DNA of 64,000 bases from an uncultured Planctomycetota bacterium (GTDB lineage Bacteria > Planctomycetota > Planctomycetia > Isosphaerales > Isosphaeraceae), in assembly GCA_963845755.1 (NCBI GenBank), contig CAWJTV010000019.1:320001-384000 (forward strand). Direction: 5' to 3'. The notes under the pieces were generated by a model that made no database searches, had not been told where the DNA came from, and saw only the letters and a program-made list of their open reading frames with translations. Made by a program: the position numbers and the translations under genes. Positions within the stretch are counted from its first letter, which is position 1, and every line of letters starts with the position of its first letter. Positions 45,693-56,703 of this stretch are shown here, in pieces.

Positions 45693-47786
45693 ATGCGGCG
45701 AACGATACCCACGCCGCCCCTGGGCTCTCGGAGCCCTGGTCGCGATCGCGGTGCTGGCGCTGATACTCCACCCGCTCGGTGCCGCGCCCACCAAGAAGAA
45801 GAAGAAATCGATCCCGCCCAAGGTCCAGGAGACCGTCGGCGACATTGCCTTCGTGGTCAGCGTCGGCGAGATGAAGGTCGAGGGCGTGGGCCTGGTCACC
45901 GGCCTGGATAATTCCGGGGTCGATGCGCCGCCGTCGTCGTACCGCAAGGAGCTGCTCGACGAGATGACCAAGGTCGGAATCGAGAAGCCCGAGCGGATCC
46001 TGGCCAACCCTCAGGTCTCCATGGTGATCGTGCGGATGACCATCCCCATGGGGGTCGATCCTACCGACAGGCTCGACGTCCAGGTGGAAGTCCCGCCGGC
46101 CTGCGGGACCAAGAGCCTGGCCGGCGGCTACCTGCTGACCAGCCGGCTCTTCGGCGTGGCCAGGGGACGGGGCGGCGAGGTGTTGAAGGACCACGAGATG
46201 GGCCTGGCGCAGGGACCGATCATGATCGGCAACCCCGGCAAGCCCAACGATCCCAAGGTCGGCCGCGTGCTGGGCGGGGGCCGGGTCAAGAAGGACTATC
46301 CTTATACCCTCGTCATCAAGGAGAACCGCGAGAGCTATCATACCTCCAAGCTGCTCGAGACCGTCGTCAACACCCGCTTCCATCAGACCGAAGACGGGCA
46401 TCAGAAAGGCGTGGCGACCGGGAAAACCGCCAGCTACCTGGTCCTGAGAGTGCCCGCGCTGTACCACCAGAACCAGCCGCGTTATTTCCGCGTCGTGCAG
46501 CTCTTGCCGATGGTCGATGGGCCCGAACTGCGGGTGCGCCGGCTGGCGATCTGGAGCAAGGAACTGCTGGATCCCAAGATGGCGGGCGTGGCGGCCTTGA
46601 AACTCGAGGGACTCGGCAAGTCGTCGGTCAACGCGCTCAAGGAGGGCCTGAAGAGCCCCAATGACCAGGTCCGGTTCTTCTCCGCCGAGGCGCTGGCCTA
46701 TCTCGGCGACACCGCCGGTGTCGACGTGCTGGGCGAGACCGTCCTCCGCCAGCCGAAATTCCGGGTGTATGGGCTGGCGGCCCTGGCCTCGTTGGATCAG
46801 GCCGCATCGCACATGAAACTGCGCAAGCTGATGGATGAGGCCGACATCGAGGTTCGTTACGGGGCCTTCAACGCGCTGCGGACGCTCGACCCGCGTGACC
46901 CGTTCCTGGGCCAGGTCCGCGTGCTCAAGGAGGCGAAGCCGGACGACGAGGCGGAAGAGCCGGCCGATTCGATGGCACTGGAGATCGCCCACGCGGCCCG
47001 GCGCCGCGCCGTGCCTCGGACCCCTTCGCACTGTACGTCGTCGACTCCGAGGGTCCCCCCCTGGTCCACGTGTCGCGGAGCCGTCGGGCCGAGGTCGTCA
47101 TCTTCGGCCGGCAGCAGAAGCTGCTGACTCCGATCGTCCTGGGCAGCGAGAGTGGCGCGTTCCAGCTCAACGCCGCCGACAACGACGATAAGGTGGAGCT
47201 GAGCAAGATCGTCGCCAACCCGTACGGCGTGTCCGACTCCAAGGTGGCCGCCTCGCTGGAACTGGCCGAAGTGATCCGTCAGGCCGCCAACCTCGGTGCG
47301 GCTTATCCCGAGATCGTCAGCATCCTGGAGAACGCCAACCGCCAGAAGAACCTGCCTGGCCTTCTGGTCGTTGATGCCGTACCCGCCCCGAGCACCGTCT
47401 ACCTCGAAGCCATCATGGGCCGGGACACCACGGCGAAACGCGACGATACCGTCAGCCGGACCTCCGAGGAGACGACCCGAGCGCGGTGGCGGATCTTGGG
47501 GCTGTTCCGTCGCAACGCCGACACCAATCCCGCCTCACCCTCGTCGCAAGGTCCCGCTAGTCAGCCCGATTCGCCCAACCCGTCGAGTTCCAAGCCAACT
47601 GCCTCCTCCGCAACGGTCGCCAAGACCGATCCGAAAGCGTCGGAGAACGCTAAGAAAAGCAGTGTGCCGACGACCCCAGCCACCGCCAAGTCCGATGACG
47701 CGGTGCAGAAGACTGCGGCCGATGCACCTCAGCCGCCGCCCCGGCGCCGGCTCCTCGATTTCTTCCGGCGCGGTGATGATGAGTGA
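45693..47786 (+). CDS. FlgI (P-ring)-like protein with HEAT repeats; frameshifts near 45720 and 47018; start uncertain
   Basis: VEGVGLVTGLDNSG, LDVQV..KSLAGGYL, GRVLGGG; HEAT-like VRFFSAEALAYLGD and VRYGAFNAL. Confidence 0.75.
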
Positions 47787-48576
47787 ATTCTCGCCGCCGC
47801 CGGCCCGATTGGACGGCGGAACGGCGAATTCATCCATAGCAACGAGACGGACTTGAGTGCCAATAGCTCCCGGAACACCGGAGTCCGGCGGACCCAGGGT
47901 CCCCTTGCCACGTATCAATGACAGAGGTCTCGGCTAACGATTGTTCCTGCACCCAGTCACGCTCCAACAGCCGAGAAGCCGGACTCTTGGACCGCCTCGC
48001 GAAAAATGTCTAATTTCGCGGTCAACGACGTAAGTCATGCCAGCCGTAGAGACTTCACAAGCCCAATACCCCCCAGGATCGGCCTGCATGGTTGGGCTAC
48101 CCCTGGCCCATCCTAAAGTCGCACGCTGTGCGGTTCGAATATTAGTCTTGACGGTCAGGTTCGCTACGTCAAGGAGGCAAGCGACACCTCCTTGGAGTAG
48201 TTCCCAACCCAGCCGTACCCCGCACGCACCAGAGCGGGGGCTCTCTAGACTTGATCGCAGTGGGGGTCGGGTTCCCCAACCCGGCAGTCCACACACGGGG
48301 CAGGGGCATGGGACATCCGTCCTGCGATTCACGGTCCGCTTGGGCCAGGGATGGCGGGATCGAGGTCGCGGGCCGCGCCCCGGGACGATCAAGGACGGGG
48401 GCGGGGTCGGAGCGAATGGCACGATGGCCTCTCTCGCGGCGACTCGCGCCTGTCCCAGGATGGCGCCGCGGCCTCACCGCCGAGTCGGGTTTGTGACCGC
48501 ACCGACAAGGTACCTTCCGGAGGGAGGAGGAAACCTCCGTGGCCTCGCACCGAACTGGGCGAGTGGAGTCCTCGAG

Positions 48577-49152
48577 ATGAAAAAGGTCTTTACAACCGGA
48601 CAGGTGGCGAAGATCTGCAAAGTCGCGCCTCGGACGGTGAGCAAGTGGTTCGACTCGGGCCGCTTGCGTGGTTATCGAATCCCCGGCTCGCAGGATCGTC
48701 GCATCCCGCGGGAGCACCTCCTGCGGTTCCTCAAGGAGCATGGAATGCCCTTGGGCGACCTCGAAGCCGAGGTTTATCATAAGGTCCTGGTAGTCGGCGC
48801 CGACGGGCCGCTCCAGGCCATCCTGCGCGAGCACCTTCGCGAGACCGACGATTTCCGTATCGAGACGGCCGCGTCGGGCTTCGAGGCGGGTATTCGCGCC
48901 GAGAGTTTCCACCCGGATTGCATCATCATCGATATGGCCCTGGGACGAATCGAAGCCGGTCAGATCGCTCAGAATCTTCGCAAGAGCCCGGACCATCAGG
49001 GTACGATCCTGCTGGCCCTGACCAGCGATGAGCCGGGTGACGAGACCTTCGCCCTCGGGTTCAACGACGGGTTCAAGAAGCCGTTCGACGGGGCGCTCCT
49101 GGCCGAACGCGTCCGCCGCTTGATCTCGCAGAAGAAGGCCGAGGAACCCTGA
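48577..49152 (+). CDS. Response regulator with an N-terminal excisionase-type HTH_17 domain
   Basis: MKKVFTTGQVAKICKVAPRTVSKWFDSGRLRGYRIPGSQDRRIPR followed by a REC domain (PDCIIID, KKPFD). Confidence 0.92.
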   Translation: MKKVFTTGQVAKICKVAPRTVSKWFDSGRLRGYRIPGSQDRRIPREHLLRFLKEHGMPLGDLEAEVYHKVLVVGADGPLQAILREHLRETDDFRIETAASGFEAGIRAESFHPDCIIIDMALGRIEAGQIAQNLRKSPDHQGTILLALTSDEPGDETFALGFNDGFKKPFDGALLAERVRRLISQKKAEEP

Positions 49153-49443
49153 GGATTCCCCGAGCCGGACCGCTCGGGAAGGGATGACCTGCCGCGCCGA
49201 ATTCGAATCGAATCGAATCGATCGGAGCCGAGTCGCTCGGCCGCAGGCGCGGATGCGGCTGTTCCCTCCCGGGAGGACTACCCGGCCAGGACCTTCACGG
49301 CCACTCGCACAGCGTATCGGAATCGCTCCCGAGACCGAACCCCGAGACCGGCGAGCCCGAGTGCGCCGCTCCCCTCCACCGGACCAAATCCGGATGGGGA
49401 CGGCCCTCGGGCTCGATCGTTTTTTGGGGCAGGTTGTCGGACC

Positions 49444-49482
49444 GAGATTCAGGATTCAGGATTCGAGATTCAGGATTCAGGA
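49444..49482 (+). repeat. Heptamer tandem repeat (RRGATTC)x5+
   Basis: GAGATTC AGGATTC AGGATTC GAGATTC AGGATTC AGGA. Confidence 0.85.
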
Positions 49483-49652
49483 ATGATTTAGGCATCTGAG
49501 GTGCCCGTCTGCGAATGGTTTTCACCTACCGCCCGCCGCCTACCGCCGGTTGCAGCCGAGGGCCGCGTTAGGGACACTAGAGGTGGGGTCGGCGGCCGCG
49601 GGTTCGCGAGTTCGCCGCGGGCCATCGCGTGGATTGCGGGAGCGATGCCAGG

Positions 49653-52600
49653 ATGTCGGGTCGGCGGGGTCGGCTGATCGTCTGGGTGATGTTGGGTCTG
49701 GCCATGGTAATTCTGGCCTCGTCGTTGGGGGCCGGCGCCGGCTGGCTGCGCGCGGTCGCGGAGGCTGGAACTGGCCGAGGCGCCAAGGAGCTGGCGGAGG
49801 GGCTGTTGGGCCTGGCACACCAGCGGCTGTCTCGGCTGGCGGAACGCTTCGGCGAAGACGGTGAGGTGCTCGTGCTCCTGGGCGAGTGCGAGCTGGAGCG
49901 GAGCCGAAAAGCTAGCGATCCGGAGCCGCAGCGCCTGGCCCGTGGGGCGGCGATGGCCGCCTGGGCCCGGGTCCCCTGGTCCAGCCCGTTTTACCCGCGC
50001 GCGCGTTGCTCCGCGCCACTCACTTGACCAACACCGGCCGGTACGCACCGGCCGAGGAGGCGCTCGTCAGTGCCCTGGCCATCGGACGGCTGAACGCGGG
50101 CGATCGGTATGAGCTGGAGCGTGCCTTGAGCCGGTTGTACCGGTTCCAGGGTCGGGTGGACGACGTCCGTCGCGTCCTCCGCGCCTCGTGGTGCCGATCG
50201 CCGGATCCCGCGGGCGTGCTCAAGGAGCTCTGGTTGCTCGACCGTTCACCCGTGCCCGTCGAGGCCATGCAGCGCTTCCTCGAACACGCCGACGACCAGG
50301 ACGATCGGGTGTGGCTGGGCCGGGCGAATCACGCCATCCTCACCGGCCGGTTCTCCGACGCGGCCGGCTGGCTCGAGCCGGCGTTGCAGCATCGGCCCGA
50401 GGACCCGGCGGTCTGGCGAGCCAAGCTCGCGCTGGCACGGGCGACCGACGACGTTGCCGGCCTCCGTTCGGCCGCCGCACATTTGCCCGCCGCCGACTTC
50501 GAGCCTGGCGTCATCCACGCACTCCGCGCCTGGCTGTCCGTCTCCCTGGGCCGGCAGGATCTCGAGCGCCACGAGCTGATCGAGCTGATCCAGGTCGCGC
50601 CGGGTGAGGCCTGGGCCATCGAGCGGTTGGCCGTCCTGACCTTCGAGGCAGGGCAGGTGCGCGAGTTTGAACAGTTCCGTCGTCGCAAGGCGGAGGTCGA
50701 CCGAGCCCAGGACCGAGTCCGAAGGATCCTCCTCGACGCCGACCTCTCGGCCCGCGCCGAGGAGCTGGCCCCGCTCTGCCGTGCGCTGGGCCGCGAGTTC
50801 GAGGCCCAAAGCTGGTCCCTCGTGCATGAGGCCCGGGGCCTCGCGCCCGCACGGCCGCCGGGCACCGGGACCAGCTCGGCCCCGGCGATGCCCCACGCGC
50901 TGCTCGACCGGGCGATCGCCCTCTCCGCGCCCTATGAGTCCGCCAGGCCGCGGGAATCCCGGGCCGGCACGCCGCCGCTCTCGGACCGGATGGCCGATCT
51001 CCGCGCGCGGGACGTGGCACCTCGCGAGCGGTCGGGGACCCCGCGGGATCTCCACGCCACTCGCCCCGCGCCCCGCTTCGTCGACGACGCCGAGGCAACC
51101 GGCCTCCGCTTCGCCTTTGACAACGGGCAGACGGTGCGGCACCTCCTCCCCGAGACCATGTCGGGGGGCGTGGCCTTGCTCGACTTCGATAGCGACGGCT
51201 GGCTCGATGTGTACTGCGTTCAGGGCGGATCGCTTTCGGCCGGGGCCGGCAAAGAACCGGCGGGAACGGGCACCCCCGCGCCAGGCGACCGGCTCTTCCG
51301 CAACCGAGGCAACGGCCGCTTCGACGACGTCACCGAATCCTCCCGGATCGCGGCGATTGCCTGGGGACGCGGTTACGGGCTGGGCGTGTCGGTCGGCGAC
51401 TACGACAACGACGGCGACCCCGATCTATTCGTGACCCGTCTGGCGAGCTATGCGTTGTATCGCAACCGCGGCAATGGGACCTTCGAGGACGCGACCATAG
51501 CGGCGGGACTGGCCGGACGCCGTGACAACCCGACTTCCGCGGCATTCGCCGACCTGGACAACGACGGCGACCTGGACCTATATGTCTGCCATTACATGTT
51601 GTGGGACCCCGAGAATCCGCGCACCTGCTTGAACGACGTCGGCGAATACTTCTATTGCGATCCCAGCAAGGTCGAGCCGGCGCCGGACCATCTCTTCCGC
51701 AACGACGTCGGCCGGTTCGTAGACGTGACTGAGGCCGCCGGCCTGGCTGACATCCAGGGCCGCGGCCTGGGTGTCGTCGCCGCCGATCTCGACGACGATC
51801 ATCTCATCGACCTCTACATCGCCAACGATGGCACAGCCAACTACCTGTATCGCAACAAGGGGGGCTTTCGATTCGAGGACGTGGCGCTCGAGGCCGGCGT
51901 GGCCGGCAGCGCCTCGGGCGGCTACCAGGCCGGCATGGGCGTGGCCTGCGGCGATCTCGACGGCGACGGCCGCCTCGACCTGCTGGTGACCAACTTCTAC
52001 GGCGAAGGGACCACGCTCTACCGGAATCTGGGCCAGGGGCTCTTCGCCGATCGCAGCAGTGCGTCGGGCCTCGGGCTGGCCTCGCGCTACCTGCTCGGCT
52101 TCGGCATCGGGCTGGCCGACGTCGGCAATGTCGGACGGCCCGACGTGCTGATCACCAACGGACACGTCAACGATCGACGGCCGTTCTTCCCTTATGCCAT
52201 GCCGTGCCGGTTGTATCAGAACCGGCCGGATGGTCGGCTGGTTGACATCTCGCGGGAGGCCGGTGATCCGTGGCAAGCGGCGCGCGTCGGCCGCGGCCTG
52301 GCCGTGGGCGACCTCGACAATGACGGCCGGCCCGACGCCCTGATCCTCGCTCAGAACGAGCCCCTGGCCTATTTCCACAACCAGAGCGAGCACGTCGGGC
52401 GATTCGTGGTTTTCCGGCTCGAGGGCACGGCCTCCAACCGTGACGGCGTCGGCGCCCGGCTGACCATCCAGTCCGGCGGCCGCCGCCAGGTGGCGCACCG
52501 CGTCGGCGGGAGCAGTTATCAATCGGCCAACGACCCTCGAATTCATTTCGGACTGGGCGAGAGCGACCGGGTCGATGCCGTCGAGGTGCGATGGCCCTCC

Positions 52601-52708
52601 GGCAAGGTGGATCGCCACGAGAACTTGCCCGCGGGCACGGGCTACCTGCTCCGTGAGGGCGATCCGAAGCCTCGACCCTTGCCCGGCGTTCGAGCGCTTC
52701 AGAGATGA
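49653..52708 (+). CDS. TPR + FG-GAP repeat + ASPIC/UnbV (CRTAC1-family) protein; frameshift near 50008
   Basis: ETMSGGVALLDFDSDGWLDVY; repeated GDYDNDGDPDL and DLDNDGDLDLY; SNRDGVGAR; SYQSANDPRIHFGLG; VRWPSG. Confidence 0.9.
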
Positions 52709-52996
52709 GTTGCAATCGCCACAACGCGAGTCCGTCGCGTGGGCAACCCGAGCGTGAGGCGCTCGAGAGCCGTCCACCTGAGAACAGGTGGAATAACAGG
52801 TGAGAGGCGATCCGGACAGAGGCGGGATATCTCCGCAAGTCATTGTGATTCATGGAGTTGCGCCAAGAGCGTGCGGAATTGCGCAAGCCGTTAGCCTACA
52901 GGAGTTTCGGGCCGTCTCCCACCCGGCTTTTTCCGGATCTCCTCTGAAACGACCGGGCGCCTGATCGATTCGAGTTGATGATACATACAGAATTTT

Positions 52997-53540
52997 TCAA
53001 GATTCGCTCGCCGATGTACCCGGTTTCTTCCCAGGCGATCGTGTGACACCTTTCCCATACACCTGAACTGGCGCCGCCTTCCAGATCAAGAATGGCTCTG
53101 ATCTCGCGATCGGTTTCGAACCGTGTCCGTGCGGGGCCTTGGGCTTCTGTCTCTTCGAGGGCTTGGGCTTGGGGTGTGGCTTGGGCCTGGGCTTCTGGTG
53201 TTTGGTCTTATGCCCGCCCTTGGTTCCGTCGGGCGTGGAGCGAGAGACGACGAGCTGGAGGATCTCGTATGTGCCGCCGACCCCCGGCCCATGCTCACCG
53301 GGGGCCTCCGTGATCCAGAGGTTGCCGTCGGACCCGGCCGTGATTCCGAGGGTGGTCAGTTGCGTGTCCTTGCGGTCGTTCACATGGAGCTGGGTCGTGA
53401 ACTTGCTGAACGTACCCGATCGAGTGACGCGTTCGACGTAGGCCGGTATGAACGCCGTCCTCTGCGTGGCGGTGAACTTGGCCAGCGCCTCATACAGATC
53501 CAGCAAATCGTCTCCGAGAGGGGACGCGACCAGGTCGTCG
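52997..53540 (-). pseudogene. Probable mosaic gene remnant (ECF sigma-like fragment plus Vgb-like beta-propeller fragment)
   Basis: DDLLDLYEALAKF abuts VERVTRSGTFSKF..GITAGSDGNLWITE and a Lys/Pro/His-rich tail. No full-length domain is present. Confidence 0.4.
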
Positions 53541-53595
53541 TCGCGCAGCTCGCGGCGGGCACGTCCCTGGCCGATGCCTGCCCAACCGATCCCGC

Positions 53596-54960
53596 TCAAA
53601 CCGCGTCGCTCTTCGACGTGAACAGGAAATCGCGGGCCCGGATCGCGGGGACGATCATCGAGGAGAACTCGTTGCCGCCGGCGCGGACGGCGCGGCTCGT
53701 CGCCTCGAGGTTCTTCAAGAGGTTCACCGGGCTGTCGTTGAACCGGAAGTTATTCACTGGGTGGACGACCTTACCCTTCTCGACCAGCCAGACTCCGTCA
53801 CGGGTGAGCCCGGTGACGGTGGCGTTGAGGGGGTTGACCATCCGGATGTACCAGAACCGGCTGACGAGCAGGGCGCGCTCGGTGTCGGCGATGAGGGCGT
53901 CGAGCGTCTTGTCGGAGCCCTCGAGGATCAGGCCGCCGGAGAACGGAACGGGCTCGACCCCGGTCTTCTTGGCCCAGTAACGGTGAACGGGAAGAGTGCG
54001 GACGACGCCGTTTTCGATCCAGGTGGCCCGACGGGCGGGGAGGCCGGGGGGATCGCCGAACCTGCCGGCGTACCGGCCGGCGAAGCCGGCCCATGGGGTG
54101 CCGGGGCTGCGGCGGTCGAACGGGTCGGAGAGCAGGGTCACGCCGTCGGCGAAGACCTTCTCGCCGAGGCGGCTGCCGCCACCGGGCTTCGAGAGGAAGC
54201 TCCGCCCCTCGTCAACCGAGCGGGCGTTCATCGAGAACACCAGCCACATCAGCAGATCGGCGACAGCCTCCGGCTCGAGAATCACGGGGTATCGGCCGGG
54301 CGGCAGGTCGCGCGGGTGCGCCGAGGTCTCAGCCTTGGCCGCGGCGCGTTCGGCCAGCACGGCCGCGTCGACGTCCGCCACCCGCGGCGAGGCGAAGCCC
54401 GCGTAGCCCGAGCCGGTGCCATCGGCCGTGCGCATCGTGGTCGTATAGGCGGCGAAGGTCGAGCGGTGGAAGCCGAAGTTCCCCTTCTTGTTGGCGATCG
54501 CGGCACAGGTCGCCGAGGTCTCGAAGAATCCGGCGCCGTTGAGCCCGCGGGCGCGGGCGCGGTCCAGCGCCGGCCGGACTCCGTCGCGGCGGCGGGCCGG
54601 TCCGGCCGTGGCCGTGGCCTCGTCGTAGGCTGGGATCGCGCGATAGTCCTGCCGCCCCAGGCCCTCGACCTGCTCCGGATCGGGCCGCGCCGCGGCCATC
54701 AGGGCCTCGCTCCGCACTACCGCCTCGCGGAGCAGCGAGTCGTCGAGTTCGCCGGTGGTCGACGAGCCGCTCCGACCCCCCTCGCGGCTGGTGATCTGCA
54801 CTTCGACGGTCCGCGCCGTTCCGGAGGTCGTGACCTCGTTAGCGGCGAACCTCGTGTGCCCCTCCTCCGCCAGCCGGAGCGAGACCTCGCACTCGGGGGC
54901 CTTCGAAAACGACAGGATGCGGTCGGTCAACGCCCGCGCCTTCTCATTGGTCCAGGTCAT
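53596..54960 (-). CDS. TldE/PmbA-like protein
   Basis: TRFAANEVT; LPPGRYPVILEPEAVADLL; WIENGVV; TGLTRDGVWLVEKGK..PVNNFRFNDSP; no HExxH motif. Confidence 0.88.
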   Translation of the reverse strand: MTWTNEKARALTDRILSFSKAPECEVSLRLAEEGHTRFAANEVTTSGTARTVEVQITSREGGRSGSSTTGELDDSLLREAVVRSEALMAAARPDPEQVEGLGRQDYRAIPAYDEATATAGPARRRDGVRPALDRARARGLNGAGFFETSATCAAIANKKGNFGFHRSTFAAYTTTMRTADGTGSGYAGFASPRVADVDAAVLAERAAAKAETSAHPRDLPPGRYPVILEPEAVADLLMWLVFSMNARSVDEGRSFLSKPGGGSRLGEKVFADGVTLLSDPFDRRSPGTPWAGFAGRYAGRFGDPPGLPARRATWIENGVVRTLPVHRYWAKKTGVEPVPFSGGLILEGSDKTLDALIADTERALLVSRFWYIRMVNPLNATVTGLTRDGVWLVEKGKVVHPVNNFRFNDSPVNLLKNLEATSRAVRAGGNEFSSMIVPAIRARDFLFTSKSDAV

Positions 54961-54961
54961 C

Positions 54962-56555
54962 TCAGGCTGTCCTCAGTATGTTGATCTGTCGGAACCGCGC
55001 CGGTGCACACCCGTGGCTCATCGCGTTGATCTGGGGAGGCTGGCCCTTGCCGTCGCGGTCGAGCCCCACGTTCTCCCACAGCGTCTGGCCGCCGATGCCG
55101 TCGCACGACGCCCAGAAGTCCGGCGTGCGGCTCTGATAGGCCACGTCGGCGATCATCCCCCGCACCTTGCCCCCCTTGATCTCCCAGAACGCGTCGCCAC
55201 CGAACTGGAAGTTGTACCGCTGCTGGTCGATCGACCACGAGCCCCGGCCATCGATCAGGATGCCGTCCTCGACGCCCGAGACCAGGTCGTCGAGCGTCAC
55301 GGGCTTCTCCGATGGCTCGAGCCAGACGTTCGGCATCCGCTGGAAGGGCACCGAGGCGTACGAGTCGGCGTAGCAGCAGCCCATCGACTCGGCCTGGCCG
55401 ATCAGGTGCGCCTGGTCGCGAATCGTCTGGTACCCCACGAAGATCCCGGCCTTGATGATCGGGAACTGGCGGGTCTTCACGCCGTCATCGTCGTATCCGC
55501 AAGTCGAGAGGCTCTCGGGCCGGGTGCGGTCGCCGTTGAAGTTGACGATGTCGGACCCGACGCGGAACTTGCCGAGCTTGTCCGTCGTCAGGAATGATGT
55601 GCCGGCGTAGTTGGCCTCGTAGCCGAGCGCCCGGTCGAGCTCGGTGGAGTGGCCGATCGACTCGTGGATTGTTAGCGAGAGGTGGGTCGGCAGCAGGACG
55701 AGGTCCTTGACGCCGGGCGAGACCGAAGGCGCCTTCAAGTGCGCGACGGCCTCCTCGCCGATCCTGCGGCGCGGCCGATCATGTCGGCCCGCTCGACCAC
55801 CTCGTAGCCGGCGCAGACCGAGTGGGCGCGTAGTATCGCGACTTGATCTTACGGCCGGCCTCGACGGCGTTCGCGGTGATGTACGGCGAGATCTGGTAGA
55901 TGTGCTGCTCGATGACGCTCCCCTCGGTCGAGGCGAAGAAGCGGTCCTCGAGGCGGGCATCGATCCACCCCATGACCGAGAAGACGCCGGCAACCGACCG
56001 CGCATTCTCGGCGGCGGCGCGGAGCAGCTCGAGCTTCTGCTCGATCGGGACGGAGAAGGGGTCGGTGACGACCTTCGTCCGGTAGGTGTCGCGATAGGAT
56101 GGCGTGGCGGCCAGCTCGATCGGCCGGCGGCGCAGCGGGGCATTGGCGCGAGCGATCTCGACGGCCTCGGCCGCCGCGCGGGCGATGGCGTCGCGCGTGA
56201 CCTCGTAGGACGCCGAGAAGCCCCAGGCGCCGTCGGCCAGCACGCGGAGGCCGAAGCCGAACGAGCCGTCGTCCGAGACGGTCGGGACCTCGACCGGCTT
56301 GCCCGTGGCGCGGTCGGCCTGGACCCGGAGGCGGACCGACTGTTCGCGGTAGCGATTGATGCGGATGTCGGCATAGGACGCGCCGGCGGCCCTGGCCCGC
56401 TCCATGGCGAACGCCGTCAACTCGGCCAGCCGGTCGGGGTCGAACGCCGCGGCCAGGGCGCCGGCCCTCGCCGACTCCCAGCCGCCGGCGCCCAGCGCCG
56501 TCCAGGCCGCCGCACCCGCACCGCAACGGCCCAAGAACGCCCGTCGAGACTCCAT
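54962..56555 (-). CDS. tldD: TldD-family metalloprotease with a Tat signal; frameshifts at about 55775-55825
   Basis: SRRAFLG Tat motif; GASYADIRI; FGLRVLADGAWGFSA; TIHESIGHSTELDRALG; YDDDGV; QRMPNV; SHGCAP. Confidence 0.88.
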
Positions 56556-56703
56556 CACGGTCACCTCCTTCGCGCAGAAGAAAGTCGGTCAGGCTTTCCA
56601 GCTTGGCGGGATCTGATCCAGGATCATGCCCGTCACCGGCTCTTGTCCGAATCAGGCCCACCTGCGCTCGAGCCGAGTTGGACAATCACCCGATGTCGTC
56701 CCG

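Noticed and set aside
48037..48576. N-terminal extension of the response regulator (371-aa ORF)
   Set aside because: The conserved family begins at MKKVFTTG (48577). The extension is low-complexity and not protein-like.
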